From Oopsacas minuta (Eukaryota > Animalia > Porifera): a DNA stretch of 64,000 nt. The DNA lies in contig JAKMXF010000311.1 in the NCBI GenBank assembly GCA_024704765.1, positions 186,001 to 250,000 of the forward strand, in the 5' to 3' direction. The notes beneath the pieces were generated by a model. The model had not been told where the DNA came from. It searched no databases and worked only from the letters and a program-made list of their open reading frames with translations. Positions 40,501 through 50,600 of this stretch are shown here, one piece after another; position 1 is the stretch's first letter; every line of letters starts with the position of its first letter. The translations under genes were made by a program, and so were the position numbers.

Positions 40501-43500
40501 CCGTTTTCTATACAAAAGTTCAATAAATACAATCTCGAATAATTGCTATGGCTATGAGCCGTTACGACCATGTCAGTTTTTTTGTAAATAATTCCAATAA
40601 TGATGGGCGGCAGATTCGGACCAGTTACATTACAATAGAGTCTCGTTAATACGTACACAAGGGGACTAACAAATTCGTACTCCTTATCCTTGAGTACGCA
40701 TTATCCGAACTAATTTACATTGAAAAGGCATTGAAGGGGACTGATAAAGTGTACAAAATGTGTACTCCTTATCAGGAGTTATGTCTTAACTGTGTTCGTA
40801 TTAACGAGACTCTACAGTAATATATAGGCGATGATCGGGCATATTTCATCAGCATGATACGCTCCTGGTAAAGGTGAGTTAGTTAAATAAGATTAAAATA
40901 CGTATTACACAAATACTACAGTCAAATAAGTACCTGATGGATTGCATGTGACTTGAACCACTTCCTTAGAAGAGCATGTATTTTCTACGGTTTCACATTC
41001 ACAAAGCGAGCTTTCTAACCCAGTGCAATTGAATCCAAAATCATATATGGGGAAATCGTGGACAATTGCCCCAGAATGTGAAATAGATGTAAAGCTCTTT
41101 GCAGTAGTATTAGTATGAGATCTACAAATGACGTCAGCAGCTTCCGGTGTCATATCATCCATACAGATATACTGCCAATGGTAATCTTGGAAGAAGTATA
41201 CTGTCTGAGTAATTGGCGCTACACTTTGTAGGAGAGTTTCACAACCATCTGAAGAATGTTTTAAATAGTAAAAACTATGATTAGAAAAGTAATAGAAGAT
41301 TTATGATTAAAATTACCTGCTACGCAATTGACTGCAACATGTTCGGTGGAATAGCAGTTATGTGAAGTTTCAAAATTACATTCATTGATGTGGAATAGAT
41401 TATTTCGACACATAACATCGTCAATATTGAAATCAAAATTGGCAAAAGAATGGCTAATGGAATGGGATGTAGATCGTCTATGCCCAAGTTGTCTGCATGC
41501 AGTATCAGAAGCTGCTTCATCCCAATGATCATCACATACATATCCCCAACCATCTATGTATACCTCTAACAGTCCTGATTCATAATTGATACGAACATTG
41601 CCATTTTCTATAAAATATTTGAATGAATAAAGACATAAGCAAGGAAACTGCTTCTGGATTATTCTTAACCGGTACTCGTTGGATCATGAAAATTTAATTC
41701 TATATACTTATATAAGATCAACATTGAAATTTGTATTCAATCACACTTTTTCACTGTGTTTTAATCAATTTTCTTTCAATTTTAGAAATATTCTAAACTA
41801 TGTTTAGGCATGCTTCGAGCCGGGCCTGTATCATTCGGGTTAGGGCCGAAAATTCGGCCCGTTGCGACCTCTATTGTGTATTGTTACCCTGAGGAGAGCA
41901 CTGTACGTTAACTATAGCACCAGTAACACATTCATCTTCATTTTCTTGGCATTGACATAGAGAATCTTCATATCCTTTACATTCGAAAGAGAAAGGATAT
42001 ATGTTACTGGATCCGTTGGAAATGGAGGAAGATATGTTGAATATATCTGTACCAGTGTTTTCGCGACAAACAACTCTACCCTCTGCTTCAGTAAAGTTAT
42101 CAGCACAAACTTGGTATATCGTTGTGCCGTTGTAATATTCTAATTGGCTGATCTCAATCTCAGCTGTCTCCAATATTGATTCACAATCAACGTCTATAGA
42201 ATTTATACAATGAGAAAAAAGAGTGAGATATTCACGAAATTATTATTAAACTCATTGACAAATATTATGCCAACCGAATGATAGATTTCGTAGTTTCGCG
42301 CGCTTAGTTGCAAGTATGCAAATCATTAGGTATTGCACCTCCATAGACTTCTTTATAAAAATGAACAAATTATTGATTTAAATCTGACTGTTTTCATAAA
42401 AATTTTAGTTATTATATGTATAAGAAAATTATTCCAGGGAATATCTTTTTCCGGGGGTCTTGGTATATCAAATAGCAGGGGCATAGAATGAGAGTTTCCC
42501 TTTGCTCGAAACTCCTTAAATATACGCACAGTTGCGCTTTTTTGCTGTTCCAAACAATTCCAGCACAATTTAAAAATCTGTATACATAAACTACTCTAGC
42601 TATACCCCTGATTAACTATGAGTATCTAAGTGAAATATTACAGTAAAACTTGCAAAATGTAACTTACTAGGGCGACAAGTGATGTAGATATGTTCATAAC
42701 CTGAGCAGTATCCAGGAGTATAAATAGAATGTGCACAATCGAGGAAATTGGTTACATCACTTTGACAATTTACCAAGTTGAGTAAGTAGTTTGTATCATC
42801 TAAGTAATGGCCAATACTGGTGGTTATTACACCATTAAAACCTAATATATTACATGTTTGGTTTGCGCTTTGATATGACCATCCATCATCACATATATAA
42901 CCCCATTCTCCGTTATAGTATACCTGCAAAAAACCGTTGTCTCCATTTGTTAGTTGTATTTTACCGTTATCTGTAAAAAAAGGTTAATAAAATTTGTCTC
43001 CATAGCCCATACAGTAGGTTCCCTCTAATTGTTCGCTTCAAAAAAGCCAGAAATATCCGAATATTCCATGGATTTGGTAATTTTTTTAGCAAAGTAAAAT
43101 TCCTGGATAATCCAGGCAACTATGCAAATCTTTTTGGAATGAATTTATTGGGACCAGTAGTGAGTTCATAACCCTGACTGTAAGATTAAATATACAAAAT
43201 TGTGTAAATCAAATAAGTACCTGTTGAATCGCAGGTGATTTCAACCACATTCTTACTTAAGCAAGTATTTTCTATAATTTCACATTCACAGAGCGAGGTT
43301 TCTAGCCCAGTACAATTGAATCTATATTCATATAGCGGGAAATCGGCAATATTTTCCCCATAGTATGAAGCAGATGTAATGTTCACAGCACTAGTGTTAG
43401 TATGGGATCTACAGATGACGTTAGCAGCTTCTTGGGTCATATCATCCATACAGATATACTGCCATTTGTGATCTGTATAGATGAATGCTGGTTGAGAAAT

Positions 43501-46500
43501 TGATGAGACACTTTGTAAAAGAGTTTCGCAACCACCTGGATAAATAATTCAATTAAAAAACATTAGAATATTTCTTTGAAAAAATATGTTACCAACTTTA
43601 CCTGATTTACAATTGACTTCAACATGTTCAAAGGAGAAGCAATTGTGTGTAGTTTGAAAGTTGCATTCAGTGATTTCTAATGCATTGTTTGGGCAGAAAA
43701 CATTGTCAATGTTGAAATCATAATTGGTATGGGAATTGAAAGTAGAAAAACTTTGAGCTCCTATATAGCCAAGTTGTCTGCACACAGCGTCAGAAGATGC
43801 TTGACTCCAATAATCATCACACACAAATCCCCAATCATCTATGTACACTTCTAACAGTCCTGTTTTATAATCAATCCGAACATCGCCATATTCTAAAGTG
43901 AGATTGGTTATGTAAACGACTGTGCTATTGCTTTATCAGTGTTTTATCAGTGTTTCAATTTCAGGCATTATGATGGTTGGGGCATTGATCACTACAAAAC
44001 CTTTGCAAGTTAAGCATTGTGACGTCTATTTTAATGCAAACTTGTGTCATAACATTAAGCTAGTGGTTCTTAGCTGGTGTGCCTCGGAAAGTGCGACATC
44101 CAAAAATCAGGGTCATAAAATTCTAGGAAATTTTTGACATAGCAGATATACTACAAAGAATTCATCCTTGACCAATCTGCCTTGAAAACTATAGATGAAA
44201 TATATGTGTCCGCAGTTCGAAAAGTTGAGAAACACTGCATTCAGGATATTTAGTGGAAAGAGTTCAAATTTGTCAAAAAATAACTTTATCCCATAGTATC
44301 AATAGGTATCAAAGCTCATTCAATTTGTATTGAAATTTACAATTCAAAAGTCGAGCAAAATTTTGTTAGTAATAAGGCCCCCTAGATTATAGTCTGATAT
44401 AAACAAATAATTTCCACAGAAGCATTATTATAATAATTAATTGTTATAATTACATACATACCTGGAGCAACACACTGGACTAGAGCTACTGTATCAGAAA
44501 CACATGTTTGTGGAGTTGTTCCGCATTCGCATAAAGAATCTTCATACCCCATACATTGAAATGCATATGGATATATTGGATTTGTTTCATTAAGCGAAGC
44601 CCTGTCAATCGAACTACTATTCACGTAGTAAGTACCGGAATTTTCACGACACACAACCTCTGCATCTGATTCAGTGAAGTTCTCAGCACAAATATAGTAC
44701 AATGAAGAATTGAAAAATTCTACCTCATTGAAACTTTCGTCCAAAGGCGGAATAATTGATTCACATCGTGCTGTAGATAATAAGTCAAATGTATAATACA
44801 AACAATATAGCTCAAGGTGCCCACTTAATATTCGGTTAGATATAATTCTCCTTCTGTTAAGACAGGATGGGACTGTATGTTATGACCTATACATGACAAT
44901 ACACTTCATACTTACCAACCCTTTCTAACTATTCCCTGGATATTTATCTCAAAATCACGGGATTTTCAGAATTTGCCCTGAATCTCTCATTTTAAATACA
45001 AATAATATGAAATTTTCACTATTTTGTCAGAAAATTCTGAGAAATATCCTATATTTTCCCTGATTATCATGTCAAATCATGGAAAGGTTGGCAACTGGCA
45101 AGTATGACAAGTGTGTTTTTGATTTGCCCAACAAATACATAAACGAAAAGATATACTAATTATTAGTACGGTAAAAGTTATATATTGTGAACGTACTAGG
45201 AAGACAAGTGATGTAAATATGTTCAAAAGTGAAGCAGAAGAAAGGAATGTCAAATGAACAGTCGAGGATAGACGTCTCATTCCCCAAACAATTAATGTTA
45301 GTCAGCAAGTAGTTAGTATTAGGGTCGTATGCAAAATCATTGCTAGATATAGCATATTCATAACCCAATATCTGACAAGTCACGTTTGCATTTAGTTGTG
45401 TCCATCCATCATCACATACATAACCCCATTCTCCGTTATAGTATACTTCCAACAAACCGTTATCTCCATTGGTTAGTCGTACTGCACCATTGTCTGTAAA
45501 TATTCCGATAAATACATTCTCAAATACAGATAAAATTTAAATCCGAACTATTAGTTTATATCTTCTAAATCATAACAACACTAATATTACTTTGGAGTTA
45601 TGCACAATTTCTTATAACCTAATTATTATCTTGTAGAAATATTTATCATGAAAAGATACAACCATAGCATTCTATACACTAAGAGAATGTATTATGTAAT
45701 TTATTGTTTACTACATATACGTATTGTACTGTTAAATATATGGTTTGACTTATTAAAATCTATTATGTTGACTTTTAATATTCTAATATTAAATAAATCA
45801 GGCCAGGTGTGGTAAATCAGTTAAACTGATGATTAATAATTAACTAGGAGCGCAGTAGAATCACACTTATAGATAATACATTATACTTTGAAAGTCGATG
45901 GTAATGACAATCCATGGTCCAAAATTTCAATAAAGTGCCATTGCCTTAGTATATAGAATGCTCTGATACAACAAATCTTGCTCGACAATACACAAATGAG
46001 GTATTTAAGCAATTAGCCATTGAGTCAAAATAATTTTGTTCCCTCGATGACAGATACTGAATGCTAGAAATTTCTATAAATCCTATACCCATAACAAACC
46101 GACAGCACCTGCACCGACAAAATTAATTCAATAACAAATAAATTGAAGTATTGAATTTCAAATGGGTTGGAAAGTAATGTAATACTGGATTACTTTCCTC
46201 TTTCAAAAATGGTTCAGAGAATATACTGGATAGACATTGCTATCTCTGATTTAATCTATGAATTTACACCAAATTATTTAATCATGACGTTAATGTGAAT
46301 TTGATAGTCTTACAATTGTTGATATTGCATAATGATAGTGTCAGCCATTGCCGATAGTTGAATATTTAATACAAGAGCTCTAATTCCTTAAACGTTTAGA
46401 CATTGGAAGTTGTACTTTACGATTAATTTACAAATAACTTTGGTGAATTTTCGCAAATAATCAGAAATTCTGAATACTATGTTCGCGATGTGCTCTCGTT

Positions 46501-46832
46501 ACGTGGAATCTAGAGGACCACGATAATTACTTCAATATAAGCGGAGTTCGATTTATACACCGATGATATGCATGTCACTTTGGCGGTTTGGGGCCTATTT
46601 GTACAATTTCAGACTTCAATGCAAACGATCTCGACATATCCATGTTCGATAAAACGAGAGCTGGCTGTAATATAGATAATAAATATGTTACAGTAAGGAT
46701 ACGAAATTGGTTAAAATAAATCAATTAGTGTAAACATATGTTGCTTTCTAACTCACTCTGTCCATGCACAAGGTATTGAAGAGACAATTGTAGCACTAGA
46801 TAAAATAATAGTATACTGATTTTGAATTTCAT
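22557..46832 (-). CDS. Giant adhesion GPCR B: signal peptide (46832-46757), 30 SRCR-like exons (45493 to 27587), Ig/GAIN (27257-26707, 26114-25830, 25303-25166), GPS+TM1-3 (24765-24273), TM4-7 (23959-23324), tail (22993-22557). 37 exons, about 3,955 aa
   Basis: Signal exon MKFKISILLFYLVLQLSLQYLVHGQ with a gtgagt donor. All 30 domain exons are 291-363 nt, multiples of 3, and flanked by phase-1 splice sites. GPS is CVYL..NW...[11 protein letters not shown], and the 7TM is clearly paralogous to GPCR A and C. Confidence 0.9.
23038..23256. mobile_element. MITE family 2 (CATA-CTTACCAAC ... GTTGGTAAG-TATG), about 200 bp. Other copies at about 13316-13480, 44907-45106, 47328-47524, 56085-56294, 63272-63509
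   Basis: Conserved inverted termini and a similar interior rich in ttttcc/ggatttt/gaaatat motifs in six places. Confidence 0.75.
31000..31178. mobile_element. PIF/Harbinger-like MITE (GTTCAAA..TTACGTAACG ... CGTTACGTA..GTTTGAAC). Related pieces at about 11359-11450 and 51290-51430
   Basis: Inverted termini, a shared ggggagggg / ccattctttttgt / gcgtgaca core and tta/taa flanks. Confidence 0.6.
32120..32209. mobile_element. Tc1/mariner-type MITE family 1 (TA-CAGTCAACTC ... GAGTTGACTG-TA). Related copies at about 9926-10050, 14083-14172, 34726-34823, 37617-37705, 46490-46669, 52852-52954, 58847-59006, 60463-60591
   Basis: Terminal inverted repeats flanked by TA, plus a shared internal core (ttatatcgaagctcaagg(g)accg / ttcgatataacgagagtt) in many copies. 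Confidence 0.75.
34965..35030 (-). repeat. Coding TAC/TAT microsatellite encoding YYYS-Y12-SYYYNY inside an SRCR exon of GPCR B
   Basis: In-frame translation of exon 35209-34847 (363 nt); 19 of 22 codons are Tyr. Confidence 0.9.
35932..35963. repeat. Short intronic (TAA)n microsatellite
   Basis: taataataataataataata in the intron between two SRCR exons. Confidence 0.75.
38241..38490. mobile_element. Intronic MITE with ACATGGTTTCT / AGAAACCATGT termini
   Basis: 11-bp perfect inverted repeat around a ggtcaa-rich interior; single copy in this window. Confidence 0.5.
40631..40819. mobile_element. TA-flanked MITE with long TIRs (tagagtctcgttaatacg ... cgtattaacgagactcta)
   Basis: Near-perfect 18-bp inverted repeats and a duplicated internal gtactccttatc motif. 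Confidence 0.75.
44063..44238. mobile_element. hAT-like MITE remnant (tagtggttctt ... gttgagaaacactg)
   Basis: The termini resemble CAGTGGTTCTCAA-type hAT TIRs but are degenerate. Confidence 0.4.
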
Positions 46833-47696
46833 AACGAAAAACAAATGCAATTTTATGAAACTTTTATTTATAGCAATAAATATCTAATTTTTACTGTAAA
46901 AGATATATTATTGCTAAAATTTACTTTACAGCATAGAGCAGATATTTATAGATAATTTCATGATACGGAAGACTCTATGTGAAACGATACTCTGTTTGTT
47001 AGCCGTGCCAAATAACTTGATATCTTGTTTATGATAATCCTAGTATATAACTCTGTGATATACTATACTTTGATTTAAATATACTGGGAAGGCCAAAGAG
47101 ATGAACTTTGAGAGCATAATTAAATTCTTACAGACTTCAAGACATAATATGTTAGTTTTGTAATGGGAAACATCCGTTTAAGAGCGTGCTTACAAAATAT
47201 TATATTTATTGAAGAGCAATTCAATTAATCACAAAAGTAATCTGAATTTAATACTATATTGAGAGAATTGATACTGGAATCTACGTTTGCTATCATCTCA
47301 TTAATCTGTATTGTATTCATACATCCTCATACTTACCAATCCTTTCTAACTATGTATTTTCCTGAATATTTGGATTTCTGATTTTACGCAAATAATATGA
47401 ATTTTCACTATTTTCTCAGGAAATTGCGAGAATATCAAACACTTTCCCTGGATTTAGTAATTTTCCCTGAATATCATGTCGAATTCTGGGATAATCCGAG
47501 GACTCGAGAAGGTTGGTAAGTATGCATCGCCCCTGAATTAACAATAAAAAATATACATTTTCAAAATAACTGAGAATTATACATGTAACTCTTAATAATG
47601 AATAAATCTTCGAATTTCATGTTGAAGACTGCAGGATAGAGAGTATATTTTGTGTATAAAATAGTAAAATACACTTAGAATAGTTTAAAGTAATGA

Positions 47697-50600
47697 TTAA
47701 GATAGTTGTTCCATGTTAATTACAAACTCCCCTGATATACTACTGCTATTATAGCTGCCTGTAATAGGTGGAGATCTTGCAATATTCCCACCTTCCTCTC
47801 CATCTTGGATGTTTGCATGAATTTCTTGAGTTTCTTCAGGAATTTTAGTAATAGAATTAGAAGGTGATGGTGAAGTTTGGCTTATGTTATCTATAAGACG
47901 AAATAATACTACAAAGTTAACACGTTTTACTGATATGGAAATTTGAAAAGAGGTAATACTAAATGATTTATCTATACTAAATATCAGCTATTCCTCACCG
48001 CAGTATCATGGGAGTACCGGAGAACGATTATTTGGGGTCATCAAATTATTTAGAGGATGCACAGATTGTTATTTGAAATATTCAGATGGAGTTATACAAT
48101 TTGGAGCCTACTGATAATATTGGATATTTTACATGACCTGAAAATAATCACGAATTCTCATGACACACTTTCAATTCATACCATCATTGCAAATTCTCAT
48201 TTTGTTTTCGATCCATTCATTAATTAGCAAAATATTCAAACTCTACCTTCACTCTGAATGTTGGTCCTAGCTCGAGGGCGATATTTAAGAGGAGTTTGGG
48301 AATTTGAAGCAATCAAACTCCGCTTCGTAAGTCTCTGTTTCCTCTTTGTTCGGGCTTTACACAACAATTCCTGGATTTCATCATTCAAAAGCACAACCAC
48401 AAAGAAGAATATTATCCCTAACGAACCAGTGAGAACGACAATTAAGTAATCAATCACAATATGTCGAATAAACATTCCAATAATTGTCACTCCCCATGGT
48501 AATCCCAGAATCGGAGTTAATGTAAATGCTGTAATAACGGTCTTCTTCCCAATCTCAGAGGATTTATAGTTGTTTGTCTTTTTGAATGCGTAGAATATTC
48601 TGCATAGCGTTATACAGAGTATTATGAAGTTGATGAATATTATGACGTACACAGGGGCAACAAACGCATATACTAGGCTGTAATTTATGAAGCAAATCTC
48701 TCTGCGTTCGTAAATATAGTTATCGAAACCTACAATGAGGGTTATGACAGGGATCATTATAGGTGTGATCCATCCAATCACGAAAAGTATTGGATATATT
48801 TTTCTTTTTTGCATTGTGCCTAAAATAAGAAACATACGTTGAAAAGTAACAACTAAAGTATTCAAATATTTTGAGAATTCGTCGAAGCATTTTTTGATGT
48901 ATTTATGTGATTTGTGAAATAATAAGGTTTGGCAAAATCATTAGATTTTTTAAAATAGGAAAATATCAAAAATGTCCGAATAATATCGAAGGCATAGGGA
49001 AAATGCCGAAAAATATTGAATTATCCGAAAATATTTCTCAGTTATTTTCTGATATTTTCGATATTCTCTGGATATTTTGATATTTTCGAGTTTTCTTAAT
49101 TTCCAATATAACTTGGAGTAATCTATATATTGAACGTAAATTACCTATGGTGATTGAATATAAGATCAGTAGTCCAATGCAAAACATCCAGGAAAAAAGT
49201 GCCAACCACGTATAGTGTATTAGAAAAACGACAGCCTTGCACAAATCAACATTAAACCTGAATATCGAAGAAGATAAAAATAATGCTACATTTAAGAACA
49301 TTGCAAGACAGCAGTTGAAGTAGACAATATTCGCTTCGATCTTGAAGAATCTTTTCCCAGCTGCGATAAATAGTATTAGAGAAAGCAAAAGGCAAATCAA
49401 AGACAAGCTACCCAGAATATAACTTAAATAATCGCATGCAAGGTAATTTAGTGCGTCATACGTGTATGTGTATGGTGATACAAGGACAGCGAAACTTGTC
49501 AAGTGTTTTGCGTAACAATCAACTGAAGATTCATTGAATATATTCCCTATAGTGACATCTTTCGTTGACCATTCAAGAGTAGTAGTATTGAGAAACACAC
49601 AGGCAAATTCGTATAATGTATCATTTAGAGGGTTTGTATTGAAGCTGATCTTAATCTATAGATGTAATAGGAATGATAAATGAGAGAAATACTCATTATG
49701 ACGTAATTTGTTTGAATAATAAGTATATTCAGCACGAAATAGTCTCACTTTTTGTTGTAAAATTTATCATAGATTTTACTTGCTTTGATTAAAATTTCAA
49801 TTTTCTATAAAACTTAATTTGCTCGTATGTAATACTGTGTAATCTCTATAAATGGGACGCAAAAAAATGCTATCAGTTTCTCCTTTCTGTCAAATTCCTC
49901 GTTTATGGCGGTTCATTTGTAGAGACTAGGAAAAAGCTCAAATATATTTCACTCCGTTTTCAAAAATTCCCCGTTTCCATAGGCTCTGTTTGTGGAGGTT
50001 TCAATGTAATCATAATTTGATCTATTTAACATACCGGTGTGGAAAAGAGAGATTGGCTGGAGTTAACATAATATGATGGTAGAACTATCTGCATAACTTG
50101 GCTAGCAATCTGTGAGTCTACTCTATTAGCAGCCTCAAACTTGGCATAATCGTGTGTATTAACAATCGTAGCTGCTATACTAAACCTATCATTATTAACA
50201 TCTCCAATTTGATCAATTAGCTCAATTGGTATTTCAACTTCCTCCAACATCTGAGAATTAGAATCAAGGATTTGTAACCTAGGTGCTGAACTCAATTCTG
50301 ATTTTATCCAACTCTTCGAATGCATAGAAATAGATTCATATGATAAATCGACTGTACTGCTGTCATATAAGCCAATATTATTAGCGATGTTAATTGCAAT
50401 AAATTCCAATGAATCGTATGCCATAATTGAAGCTTCAGCTACATTCAGGGGTTGTTGATTTGCAATCTAAAAAAATCAGAATACTACTCATAAACATTCA
50501 TAACTTTATTTCTAACCTATTAAAATGTTTGCTATACCTGAGCAATTGAAGCAGTTTGGTTCATCGTAGTAGTTCTAGGCAGGCTACTGACTTTCAAGAT

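Noticed and set aside
45930-46130. GAGAVGLLW Rossmann-like motif (ketopantoate-reductase-like) on the minus strand in intron 1 of GPCR B
   Set aside because: Flanked and followed by several stops with no start; too short to distinguish from chance.
47999-48112. Apparent extra exon in the last intron of GPCR C
   Set aside because: Stops in all frames; splicing 48247 directly to 47890 is in frame.
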